Source: Victivallales bacterium (GTDB taxonomy: Bacteria > Verrucomicrobiota > Lentisphaeria > Oligosphaerales > Lenti-02). From it: a stretch of 55,686 nt of DNA. The position numbers were made by a program, and so were the translations under genes. The DNA is taken from NCBI GenBank assembly GCA_003245525.1, contig QKCY01000500.1, forward strand, positions 1-55,686, written 5' to 3'. Of the stretch, positions 1 to 8,597 are shown piece by piece; the stretch's first letter is position 1, and the number at the start of each line of letters is the position of its first letter. Below the pieces are notes generated by a model. It ran no database searches and had not been told where the DNA came from. It saw nothing but the letters and a program-made list of their open reading frames with translations.

Positions 1-1115
1 TCGAGGACGACGGGGATGTTGGGGTCCTGGTGGGCCTCGTTGATGCGGGTGCCGACGAGGAACTGGATGACGTCGCTGTTGAGCAGGTATTCCAGGACCA
101 GGGTGGCACCGTTGCGGGGCTCATGGTCGGGGTTCACGTTCCGTTCGAGCATGTCCACCACGCGGGCAAGGGTGATGGTGCCTTCGGTGACCAGGTTGAC
201 CCCCGGCATGTGGGAGATGGGAGGGACATCGGAGTCGAGCATGTCGAGGTCCACGCTCACCGGCAGTTTCAGCTCGCGGGAGACGATGGCGGCGGTGGTG
301 CCGCCGCTGACGATGCGGGTGCCCTCGAACTCGGCCACGGTCTCGGCCATCTGGATGTCGCTCTTCTTGGAGAAGGGGGGGCCGGTAACGAGCAGCAGGT
401 GGCGGGGCTGGCGGAAGTAGACCACGGCGCAACTGATGTCGTCGCGGGGGGAGCCGCCGTCCTTGGCGGTGGCCAGATCGACGATGCGGCGGGCCAGTTC
501 GCGGGCGGAGAGGCAGGGATTCGACCGTACCAGATGGCGGGCGAACTCGATCACCGCCGGGATGCCGAGGCCGAGCGGGGTGCTGGGCTCGCCCATGCCG
601 GACTGGTTCACGCCGTCGGTGAAGCTGACCAGGCGGTCGCCGTCCTGGGCGGTGAAGCAGGCCACGTCGAGATGCCGCTCGCGCTGGACGTTGCCCGCGC
701 CCGGCGCCAGGGTGAGGCGGTTGCGGGCGGGCTCGTAGACCTGGTCGCCCCGCAGCACGAAGAAGGGCGGGTTCTCATGCTCGATGACCCGCACTTGATG
801 GCCGCCGACGATGTCCAGAATGGTGAAGGTCGAATAGGCGATCTGGCGCACGCTGCACACCGGCAGCACGTCCATGACCGTCTTGGCGGCGCGCTCGATA
901 TCGGTGCCTTCGGCCACGAACTCCAGGGCCATGGTGCTGGTGAGGGTGGCGAGCACGTTGGCCTTCACCCCGCTGCCGAGACCATCCGCCAGCACGGCGA
1001 CGATGCGGTCGTCCGCCGTCACCTTGCGGGAGAGGAAGACGTCGCCCGGCACGGGTTCGCCCCGCTTGCGAGTCTGGTAGTGCTCGACTTCCACAAAGAG
1101 GTCGCGATCAGCCAT
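1..1115 (-). CDS. SpoIIE/PP2C-family serine phosphatase (C-terminal end lies beyond the window edge)
   Basis: Absent from the ORF track because there is no stop codon inside the window. My translation of the minus strand from ATG 1115 gives MADRDLFVEVEHYQTRKRGEPVPGDVFLSRKV..DDRIVAVLADGLGSGVKANVLA..DGDRLVSFTDGVNQSG..PRDDISCAVVYF, which are the typical SpoIIE/PPM blocks. The frame stays open to position 1. The ATG overlaps the hydS stop (ATGGCTGA). Confidence 0.75.
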   Translation of the reverse strand, partial: MADRDLFVEVEHYQTRKRGEPVPGDVFLSRKVTADDRIVAVLADGLGSGVKANVLATLTSTMALEFVAEGTDIERAAKTVMDVLPVCSVRQIAYSTFTILDIVGGHQVRVIEHENPPFFVLRGDQVYEPARNRLTLAPGAGNVQRERHLDVACFTAQDGDRLVSFTDGVNQSGMGEPSTPLGLGIPAVIEFARHLVRSNPCLSARELARRIVDLATAKDGGSPRDDISCAVVYFRQPRHLLLVTGPPFSKKSDIQMAETVAEFEGTRIVSGGTTAAIVSRELKLPVSVDLDMLDSDVPPISHMPGVNLVTEGTITLARVVDMLERNVNPDHEPRNGATLVLEYLLNSDVIQFLVGTRINEAHQDPNIPVVL

Positions 1116-2847
1116 CCTCGCGATCCTCCCCGGTTCCGGTATCGGCGGAGAAGGACTCGATGATGGCATTCAGGCTGACCTGGGATTCGGCGGCGTTCTC
1201 GCCCAGCAGGTAGGCGATCTTCTGCACCGTCTCCATCTGGCGGTGGATCACTTCCTGGGCCTTCTTGATGACCCGCTGCTTGTGGACGGATGGTGCGGTC
1301 ACGTCCTGGAGAACGGCGCCGACGATCCGCCCCGGCTCGATGGCGAAGACACTCGCGTGGTAGACGGCGCCCTCGCGGCGCACATCGCGGCCCACGATAT
1401 CCTCGCCCGTGCTCAGTACCTTGCGGATGAGGGGAACCAGGAAACCCGCGACCCGGTCGGCGGCGGCGCCTTCGAGGCCGGGGCGGGCGTCGTAGATGTC
1501 GGGCAGTTCGCCGCCGACGATCTCCGCGAAGCGCCGGTTGCACTCCACCACGCTGAGGTCGGCATTGACGATGAGGACGCCGGAGGGCATGGCCTGGATC
1601 AGCGCGTTGGCCTTCTTCTGGGCGAGCTTGCGCATATAGGAGACGCACATGGTGGCCTCGGCCTTGCCCGCGAGCAGGGCGGCGGCGAACTCGCGGCAGG
1701 TGGCGTAGCCGCAACCGCTACAGTTCAGTTCGTCTTCGGGATGGTACTTGCCCACCCGGGCCAGGGCCTCGCGGATCTCGCGGTCGGTGTAGCCAAACTC
1801 CTCGACGGCGGGAGCGGAGCGGTCCATGGCCGCATCCACCTGCGGCTGCCGGGGCAGCTCGGCCGGATCGTAGTGGGCGTGGTCGAAGACCTGGTAGCGC
1901 TTGAGGATGGTGGCGCCCGCCTCGGCGGTCTGGGGGCCGTTGACGCAGCCGCCCTCGCAGGCGAGCAGTTCCAGGAAGAGGGGTTTCTTCAACTCGATCT
2001 GGTCCAGGTCGCGCAGGGCGTTCTGCACGTTCTCGACCCCCGAGAGGGCCATGAAGCCCACGTCGTCCACCGCGCAGTTGGCCTTGATGCTGGCGATCAT
2101 GCCGCCGTCAACGGGGTAGAGGGCGCCCTCGCGGGCGGCCTGGGGCTGGAACACGTCGTCCTCGCCCACCGTAAGGGTCACCGGATGCAGGTGCTCCTCC
2201 TCGAGCCAGCGGCGCAGATCCAGGAAGCTGATCGCGATGTCGAGCAGTTCGGGATGCTCGTCGGCCTCGATCTTCTTGGCGATGCAGGGGCCGATGAAGA
2301 CCACCTTGGCGCTCTCGCCGAACTGCTGTTTCAGCAGGCGGCAATGGGCGAGGAGCGGCGAGCAGAGGTTCGTAACCCGTCCGGCGTAGTGCGGCAGGTA
2401 CTTGTTGACCAGCTCGACCACCACCGGGCAGGCGCTGGACAGCAGGACGCGGGGCCGGGGATCGCGCAGCGCCTCGGCCACGGTGGCCGAGACCTCCTGC
2501 GCCCCCAAGGCGGTCTCGGAGACGGCATGGAAACCCAGGCGGCGGAGGGCCGCAATCAGCTTGCCGCTGGGCAGGTCGGGGAACTCGCTCACGTAGGACG
2601 GGGCCAGGGAGGCGATCACCTTCTCGCCGCTCTGCAGAAGGTGCCGGGTCCGCCCCAGGTCATCGCGCACCCGCTTGGCATGGACGGGGCAGACCTCGAC
2701 GCAGCGCCCGCAGGCCACGCAGCGTTCGGCCATGACCATGGCGCTGCCGTTCTCCACCCGGATCGCCTTGACCGGACAATTGCGCACGCACTTGTAGCAG
2801 TCCTGGCACTCCTTCTTCTCGGTGAAGATCGGATGCTGGCGATTCAT
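1108..2847 (-). CDS. hydS: Sensory-type [FeFe]-hydrogenase-like protein with C-terminal PAS domain (group C / HydS type)
   Basis: 579-aa ORF. The N-terminus has 2x CxxCxxCxxxCP. H-cluster motifs are L1 SSACPVV (the proton-relay Cys of TSCCP is replaced by Ala), L2 GPCIAKK and L3 LLACEGGCVNGP. There is an extra Cys cluster CSGCGYATC..C, followed by a PAS-like domain (SGVLIVNADLSVVECNRRFAEIVG). Confidence 0.85.
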   Translation of the reverse strand: MNRQHPIFTEKKECQDCYKCVRNCPVKAIRVENGSAMVMAERCVACGRCVEVCPVHAKRVRDDLGRTRHLLQSGEKVIASLAPSYVSEFPDLPSGKLIAALRRLGFHAVSETALGAQEVSATVAEALRDPRPRVLLSSACPVVVELVNKYLPHYAGRVTNLCSPLLAHCRLLKQQFGESAKVVFIGPCIAKKIEADEHPELLDIAISFLDLRRWLEEEHLHPVTLTVGEDDVFQPQAAREGALYPVDGGMIASIKANCAVDDVGFMALSGVENVQNALRDLDQIELKKPLFLELLACEGGCVNGPQTAEAGATILKRYQVFDHAHYDPAELPRQPQVDAAMDRSAPAVEEFGYTDREIREALARVGKYHPEDELNCSGCGYATCREFAAALLAGKAEATMCVSYMRKLAQKKANALIQAMPSGVLIVNADLSVVECNRRFAEIVGGELPDIYDARPGLEGAAADRVAGFLVPLIRKVLSTGEDIVGRDVRREGAVYHASVFAIEPGRIVGAVLQDVTAPSVHKQRVIKKAQEVIHRQMETVQKIAYLLGENAAESQVSLNAIIESFSADTGTGEDREDG

Positions 2848-2850
2848 GGG

Positions 2851-3096
2851 TTAGGACTCCTTGGCGAAGTGCTTGCGCAGGATATCCAGACACGAGTTAG
2901 GATCGACCTGATCGTAGCGTGTGTCCGCAATGGTAATGTGCGGCCCCTTCGAGCAGGCGTCCAGGCAAAGGCACCCCCGCATCTGCACATCCGCGTCCAA
3001 CCCGTGCTCGGCCAGGAACTCGCGGATCACCACAAGATTGCGGTTGTTGCCGCGCGAGAAGCAGGAACTGCCCATGCAGATTTCGATGTTCACCAT
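2851..3096 (-). CDS. Thioredoxin-like [2Fe-2S] ferredoxin (NuoE/HydC fold)
   Basis: Contains CMGSSC (Cx4C) and CLDACSKGP (CxxxC), the same spacing as in HydC. Start re-placed at ATG 3096 (MVNIEIC), which has AGAGGAG 5 nt upstream. The ORF-track start at 3147 adds an unsupported extension. Confidence 0.7.
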   Translation of the reverse strand: MVNIEICMGSSCFSRGNNRNLVVIREFLAEHGLDADVQMRGCLCLDACSKGPHITIADTRYDQVDPNSCLDILRKHFAKES

Positions 3097-3129
3097 CACC
3101 ACTCCTCTAGTCCGGTCGCCGATCCGCAA

Positions 3130-3161
3130 CCCCGGCTCCGGGGACAATCCCGGAACCGGGG
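3130..3161 (-). terminator. GC-rich intercistronic stem-loop between hydA and the ferredoxin/hydS genes (possible attenuator or mRNA-stability element; no U-tract)
   Basis: The sequence ccccggctccggggacaatcccggaaccgggg has nested complementary blocks: CCCCGG/CCGGGG (outer) and CCGGG/CCCGG (inner), giving about an 11-bp GC stem with a 5-nt loop. It sits in the 75-bp gap after the hydA stop. Confidence 0.3.
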
Positions 3162-3171
3162 CGGGGATAGG

Positions 3172-5226
3172 TTATGCCTTGCAGCCGCCGCAACCCGAGC
3201 AGCTATGCCCGTTGGTGTCGGCGATGGGGGCGCCCTTGAGGGCGGCATCCACGGCGGCCACGGCCTTTTCGAGGGTGCATTTCTCGATGAAGGCGCCGTT
3301 GATGCCCACCGTGGGGCCACGGTCGCAACGCTCGTGGCAGAAGGTGGCCTTCACGTTCACCTGGCCGCTCAACTGGCGGCGCTCGACGTAGGCGAGCAGG
3401 CTCTTCAGCAGTTCCTGGGAACCGCGCAGGAAGCAGCTCGTGCCGACGCAGACGGTGACATCCACCGGGCCCTTGCCGCCGCCCATGAGGCTCACTTCCT
3501 CGTCCACGATCCGTTTCCGGCTCTGGTACTCGGTGTGCAGCAGTTCGTGGGCGCGATGGCCGCCGACTTCGCCCAGGTGCTCCTGGTAGGTCCGGGCCAG
3601 GTAGGGGTTGTCGAGTGACTTGTGGACCTGGAGCTTGCGGTCCACCTCGTACAGACCCGCGGTGCGCTTGCGGCGCGCCTCGGGCGAGAAGGAGACGGGC
3701 TGGCCGGCGCCGCCGACGCAGCCGCCGGGGCAGGCCATGACCTCGATCAGGTCGTAGTCGCATTCGCCCGCCTCGATCTGGCGGCAGATGCGCTTGGCGT
3801 TGGCCAGGCTGTGGACCACGGCCAGCTTCAGCTTCAGGCCCGCGAGTTCGAGTTCGGCCACGCGGAGGCCTTCCTCGCCGCGCACTTCCTGGAACTCCAC
3901 GTTCTGGAGCGACGCGCCGGTGAGCACTTCGTAGGCGTGGCGGAGAACCGCCTCGCTGACGCCGCCCGAGTTGCCGAAGATGACGCCCGCGCCGGTCTTG
4001 AAACCGAAGGGCAGGTCGAAGGAAGCGGGTTCGAGATGGGCGAAATCAAGCCCGGCGGACTCGATCATGCGCACCAGCTCCTGGCTGGTCAGCACGAAGT
4101 CCACATCGGCCATATCGTCCTTGGCGAGCTCGGGGCGCTGGGCCTCGAACTTCTTGGCGGTGCAGGGCATGATGGAGACGATCGTGAGGTTGTCCTTGGC
4201 GACCCCGAGCTTGCCGGGGAGCAGGTCCTTCGCCAGCGAGCCGAACATGGCCTGGGGCGAGCGGCAGCTCGACAGGTTGGGCAGGAGGCTGGGATGGTAC
4301 TGCTCGGTGTACTTGACCCACGCCGGGCAGCAGCTCGTGAACTGGGGCAGGTTCTCGCCCGCCTGCTTGCGCTTGATGAACTCGGCGGCCTCTTCGATGA
4401 CCGTCAGGTCCGCCGCGAAGCAGGTGTCGTAGACCTGGTCGAAACCGAGCATCCGCAGGGCGGCGACGATGCGGCCGCTGACGTCGGTGCCGGGCTCCAG
4501 CCCGAAGGCCTCGCCGACCGCGACGCGGACGGCCGGGGCGATCTGCACGACCACCGTCTTCTCCGGCTTGGCCAGCTCGGCGAAGACCTCTTCGATCTGG
4601 CTCTTGGGCATGATGGCGCCGGTGGGGCAGACGCGGGCGCACTGGCCGCAGAAGACGCATTCCACCTGGCCGAGATCCTTGCCGAAGGCGGGGAGCACGG
4701 CGGAGTTCGAGCCGCGGTGGGCGAAGTCGATGGCGCCGATGCCCTGGATCTCGCTGCACATCCGCACGCAGTCGCCGCAGAGGATGCACTTGTTGGGATC
4801 GCGCACCAGCGAGGGGTTACTGGTGTCGAGGGCGATGGCCTCGCGGACCGGCTTGAAGCGGACCTTCTCGACGCCGAGGCGGCGGGCGAGGTCCAGCAGC
4901 TTGCAGTCGGCGCTCTTGCCGCAGGTGGTGCAGCCCTGGTGGTGGTCCGCCAGGAGCAGCTCGATGGTGATCTTGCGCATTTCGCGGATCTCGGCGGTGG
5001 CGGTGCGCACCACGAGACCGGGCTGGGGGGCGGTCGAACAGGAGGCGACGATGCCGCGCCCCTCGATGTCCACCAGGCAGAGGCGGCAGGCACCGTAGAC
5101 GCTCAGCTCCGAGTGGTAGCAGAAGCTGGGAATGTCGATGCCGACCTTGCGGGCGAGTTCGAGCAGGTTGCGCTCGCCGTTGATGGCGACTTTGCGCCCG
5201 TCGATGGTGAGGAATTCCTGGTTCAT
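3172..5226 (-). CDS. hydA: [FeFe]-hydrogenase catalytic subunit, multimeric NAD(P)-linked/bifurcating type (group A3-like) with C-terminal thioredoxin-like 2Fe-2S domain
   Basis: H-cluster motifs are FTSCCPAW, IMPCTAKKFE and EVMACPGGCVGGAGQP. The N-terminus carries 2Fe-2S and 4Fe-4S F-cluster domains (CRLCLV, CGDCVRMC, CGQCARVCP). The C-terminal domain has VCVGTSCFLRG..CHERCDRGP. Start set at ATG 5226 (MNQEFLTIDG). The ORF-track N-terminal extension overlaps hydB. Confidence 0.9.
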   Translation of the reverse strand: MNQEFLTIDGRKVAINGERNLLELARKVGIDIPSFCYHSELSVYGACRLCLVDIEGRGIVASCSTAPQPGLVVRTATAEIREMRKITIELLLADHHQGCTTCGKSADCKLLDLARRLGVEKVRFKPVREAIALDTSNPSLVRDPNKCILCGDCVRMCSEIQGIGAIDFAHRGSNSAVLPAFGKDLGQVECVFCGQCARVCPTGAIMPKSQIEEVFAELAKPEKTVVVQIAPAVRVAVGEAFGLEPGTDVSGRIVAALRMLGFDQVYDTCFAADLTVIEEAAEFIKRKQAGENLPQFTSCCPAWVKYTEQYHPSLLPNLSSCRSPQAMFGSLAKDLLPGKLGVAKDNLTIVSIMPCTAKKFEAQRPELAKDDMADVDFVLTSQELVRMIESAGLDFAHLEPASFDLPFGFKTGAGVIFGNSGGVSEAVLRHAYEVLTGASLQNVEFQEVRGEEGLRVAELELAGLKLKLAVVHSLANAKRICRQIEAGECDYDLIEVMACPGGCVGGAGQPVSFSPEARRKRTAGLYEVDRKLQVHKSLDNPYLARTYQEHLGEVGGHRAHELLHTEYQSRKRIVDEEVSLMGGGKGPVDVTVCVGTSCFLRGSQELLKSLLAYVERRQLSGQVNVKATFCHERCDRGPTVGINGAFIEKCTLEKAVAAVDAALKGAPIADTNGHSCSGCGGCKA

Positions 5227-5231
5227 GCTGG

Positions 5232-7100
5232 TCACACTCCGGTAATGGCGTCGAACTTGCACGCTTCGGCGCAGGCGCCGCACTTGATGCAGACAGTCGG
5301 ATCGATGCGATGGGCCTCGCGCTTCTCGCCGGTGATCGCGCCCACGGGGCACTTGCGGGCGCAGAGGGTGCAGCCCTTGCACTTCTCGGGGTCGATCTCG
5401 GGCATCAGCAGGGCCCGGCAGTTCTTGGTCGGGCAGCGCTTGTCGCGGACGTGGGCGAGGTACTCGTCGCGGAAGTAGCGCAGGGTCGAGAGCACGGGGT
5501 TCGGGGCGGTCTTGCCGAGGCCGCAGAGCGAGCCCTTGGCGACGGCCCTGCCCAGCTTCTCCAGCAGGTCGAGGGTGGATTCGTCCGCCTCGCCGTGGAT
5601 GATGCTGTCGAGCAGCGCCAGCATCTGCTTGGTGCCCTCGCGGCAGAGCACGCACTTGCCGCAGGACTCGTTCTGGGTGAACTGCATGAAGAACCGGGCG
5701 ATCTGCACCATGCAGGTATCCTGGTTCATCACCACCAGACCGCCCGAGCCGACCATGGCCCCGGCCGCCCGCAGCGAATCGTAGTCCATGGCCATGTCGA
5801 GGTGTTCGGCCACCAGGCAGCCGCCCGAGGGGCCGCCGATCTGGACGGCCTTGAACGGGCCGTGGGTCAGTTCGCCGGCGTCGTTGGTGACGCCGCCGCC
5901 GATCTCGTGGACGATCTCGCGCAGAGTGGTGCCGAGCGGCACTTCGATGAGGCCCGTGTTGGCCACGTGGCCGGTGAGGGCGAAGGTCTTGGTGCCGGGG
6001 GACTTCTCCGTGCCCGCCGAACGGAATTCGGCGGCGCCGTGGCGGAGAATCAGGGGCACCGTGGCCAGGGTTTCCACGTTGTTGATGACCGTGGGCTGGC
6101 CCCAGAGACCGGACTGGGCCGGGAACGGGGGCTTGGGCGACGGCATGCCGCGCTTGCCTTCGATCGAGGCGATCAGGGCGGTTTCCTCGCCGCAGACGAA
6201 GGCGCCCGCGCCTTCCATCACGTTGATCCGGAAGGCATGGCCGCTGCCGAACACGTCGGCACCGAGAATGCCCGCGGCCTCGGCGTCCGCCACGGCCTTC
6301 TTGATCCGCTTGACCGCCAGGGGGTATTCCAGGCGGACGTAGACGTAGCCCTCGTCGGCACCGACGCCGCGCGCGGCGATCATCATGCCTTCGAGCACGC
6401 GGTGGGGGTTGCCCTCCATCAGGCTGCGGTCCATGAACGCGCCGGGGTCGCCCTCGTCACCGTTGCAGATGACGTACTTCTTGTTGCTCTTCTCCTTGAG
6501 CGTGAGCTGCCACTTGAGGCCGGTGGGGAAACCACCGCCGCCGCGGCCGCGCAGGCCGGAGTCGACCATCTCCTTGCAGACCTCTTCCGGGGTGAGGCCG
6601 GTGAAGGCCTTCTGGGCCGCCTCGTAGCCGCCCCAGGCCTTGTACTCGTCCAGGTTCTCGGGATCGATGATGCCGCAGTTGCCGAGGACGGTACGCTGCT
6701 GCTTGGTGTAGAAGGGGATCTCATCCACGCCCTTGCAGACCTGGCCGCTGTTGGGCTCGCGGTAGAGCAGGCGCTCCACCAGCTTGCCGGCCACCAGCGT
6801 CTCGGTGACGATCTCGGCGGCGTCCTCGGGACGGACGCGGGTGTAGAGGATGTTCTCGGGATAGACGGTGACCAGCGGGCCCATCTGGCAGAAGCCCTGG
6901 CAGCCGCTCTTGCTGAGGTGGAGGCCGATGTTGCCATCCGGGATGGCGGCCGCCGCGTCGGCGGTGTCCACCACGGTGATGCCGTTGGCCTCGGCGGCTT
7001 CGACGAAGGCGTCGTGGACGTCCAACGAACCGTTGGCCACGCAACCGGTGCCGGCGCAGATCACGATGCGGCGGGCGTTCTTGGTGACTTCGATAGCCAT
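5232..7100 (-). CDS. hydB: NuoF-like flavoprotein subunit of the bifurcating hydrogenase (FMN/NADH site, Fe-S clusters)
   Basis: Contains GRGGGGFPTG and ESCGKCVLCREG. The N-terminus is thioredoxin-like 2Fe-2S (CAGTGC..CQGFCQMGP). The C-terminus has 2x CxxCxxCxxxCP. Start at ATG 7100 (MAIEVTK), with GAGGAGG upstream. Confidence 0.9.
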   Translation of the reverse strand: MAIEVTKNARRIVICAGTGCVANGSLDVHDAFVEAAEANGITVVDTADAAAAIPDGNIGLHLSKSGCQGFCQMGPLVTVYPENILYTRVRPEDAAEIVTETLVAGKLVERLLYREPNSGQVCKGVDEIPFYTKQQRTVLGNCGIIDPENLDEYKAWGGYEAAQKAFTGLTPEEVCKEMVDSGLRGRGGGGFPTGLKWQLTLKEKSNKKYVICNGDEGDPGAFMDRSLMEGNPHRVLEGMMIAARGVGADEGYVYVRLEYPLAVKRIKKAVADAEAAGILGADVFGSGHAFRINVMEGAGAFVCGEETALIASIEGKRGMPSPKPPFPAQSGLWGQPTVINNVETLATVPLILRHGAAEFRSAGTEKSPGTKTFALTGHVANTGLIEVPLGTTLREIVHEIGGGVTNDAGELTHGPFKAVQIGGPSGGCLVAEHLDMAMDYDSLRAAGAMVGSGGLVVMNQDTCMVQIARFFMQFTQNESCGKCVLCREGTKQMLALLDSIIHGEADESTLDLLEKLGRAVAKGSLCGLGKTAPNPVLSTLRYFRDEYLAHVRDKRCPTKNCRALLMPEIDPEKCKGCTLCARKCPVGAITGEKREAHRIDPTVCIKCGACAEACKFDAITGV

Positions 7101-7104
7101 GGGG

Positions 7105-7608
7105 TTAGGCCTCCTCGGCAAGGATTGCGTCGACGGCCGCTACCGCCTTGGTGGGCGTGACCTGGCCATGGACCTTTTCGTCGATGACCATGACCGGGGC
7201 CAGACCGCAGGCACCCAGGCAGCTTACCGTCTCGATGGTGAAGAGCAGGTCCGGCGTCGTCACGGTGTCGCCGGTCAACTGCAGACGCTCCCGCAGGGCG
7301 TCGTAGATGTGCATGGAACCCTTCACGTGGCAGGCGGTGCCGTCGCAGATGCGGATCACGTGCTTGCCCTTGGGCTCCAGCGTGAAGTGGGCGTAGAAGG
7401 TGGCCACCCCGTAGACGCGGGCCGGGGGCAGATCGAGGGACGTGGCCACGAAGGCCAGGATTTCGCGAGGCAGATAGCGGTACTCTTCCTGCACGGCCTG
7501 CAGGATGGGGATCAGCTTGGCCGGGTCGCGCCCGTACCGGTCCAGGATACCGCAGACCTTGCCGAACTGATCGGCTGCCAGGTTCGGGTTTTCCGTCTTG
7601 TCGCTCAT
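7105..7608 (-). CDS. hydC: NuoE-like [2Fe-2S] subunit of the bifurcating hydrogenase
   Basis: 167 aa. CDGTACHVKG and CLGACGLAP are the NuoE/HydC cluster motifs. Confidence 0.9.
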   Translation of the reverse strand: MSDKTENPNLAADQFGKVCGILDRYGRDPAKLIPILQAVQEEYRYLPREILAFVATSLDLPPARVYGVATFYAHFTLEPKGKHVIRICDGTACHVKGSMHIYDALRERLQLTGDTVTTPDLLFTIETVSCLGACGLAPVMVIDEKVHGQVTPTKAVAAVDAILAEEA

Positions 7609-7653
7609 AGTGACCCTCGTTCGTTAGGGGATGGGAACTACAAAGGAGAAATT

Positions 7654-8295
7654 CTAGATACCACTCGCCGCCAGGCGGCGGGAAATCACCGCCAGGGTCC
7701 CGGACAGATCCTCGTTCTCGAGGATGACATCCTCGGGCAGGTCGAGGGGGACCGGGGCGAAATTCCAGATGGCCGTAATGCCACCGGAGAGCATCAGATC
7801 GGCAACCGCTTGCGCGTTCCGCGCACCCACGGTGATGATGCCGATGCGGATGTGCATCCGCTGCGCCAGGTCGGGTAGTTTGGCCGCATCGAGGATGGGC
7901 TTGTCCGCCACCGTGGTGCCCACCTTGGTGGGGTCGTTGTCGAACCCGGCCACGATGTTCAGCCCGTGCCTGGCAAATCCCTCGAATCCCAGCAGCGCCG
8001 TGCCCAGGTGGCCGGCCCCCACCAGGAAGGCGTCCTCGGGATTGTCCCAGCCGATGAACCGCTCCACTGCCATAATCAGGTCGGGCAGATAGTAGCCCAC
8101 CTTTGGCTTGCCGGTGATCCCGGTCAGCGCCAGATCCTTGCGCACCAGCGTGGGGTCCACATTCAGCCGTTCGGCCAGAAAGGTGCAGGAGATCCACTCG
8201 ACCCGGTCCGAACGCAACGCATGCAGGCAACGCAGGTAACGGGGCATCCGGCGAACGGATGGAGTGGGGGCGCTCCGCAGTGGTTTGTCCTTCAT
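7654..8295 (-). CDS. rex: Redox-sensing transcriptional repressor Rex
   Basis: Winged-helix N-terminus (VRRMPRYLRCLHAL) plus a Rossmann domain (FLVGAGHLGTALL, IGIITV). Start re-placed at ATG 8295 (MKDKPL), with AGGAGA 6-7 nt upstream. Confidence 0.85.
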   Translation of the reverse strand: MKDKPLRSAPTPSVRRMPRYLRCLHALRSDRVEWISCTFLAERLNVDPTLVRKDLALTGITGKPKVGYYLPDLIMAVERFIGWDNPEDAFLVGAGHLGTALLGFEGFARHGLNIVAGFDNDPTKVGTTVADKPILDAAKLPDLAQRMHIRIGIITVGARNAQAVADLMLSGGITAIWNFAPVPLDLPEDVILENEDLSGTLAVISRRLAASGI

Positions 8296-8361
8296 GGCTG
8301 CATTCTCCTGGTCTGTCTTCGCCGACCAGGCCACGGTGGGCGAAGAATTCGTTCCATCTAT

Positions 8362-8412
8362 ATCGAGAATGTTTTCTTGATAATAAGATAGACGGGTCCT
8401 CGCAGGTCGCAA
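8362..8412 (-). promoter_or_regulatory. Candidate sigma70-like promoter plus dyad operator upstream of rex-hyd operon
   Basis: On the minus strand the site reads TTGCGA, a 16-nt spacer, TATCTT, then the imperfect dyad ATCAAGAA-aaca-TTCTCGAT (8362-8381; 8-4-8 with one mismatch). It lies in a locally AT-rich island within a GC-rich genome. Confidence 0.35.
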
Positions 8413-8597
8413 GCCCCATTGGAGATTTTTTTCTCGATTCCCTTCCGGGGCACAATGGGGCGCGCCTCGCGTGCCGACAACATGATGTCCGGCAGTGAGT
8501 TATACGGATGCTGCGAACTCGCCCCTCCCCGCAGGGCCGTGGCAGGCGCGACACCTGGACTATGGACGGGGGCGTTCCGCCGCTTGGCGCAAGGGAC

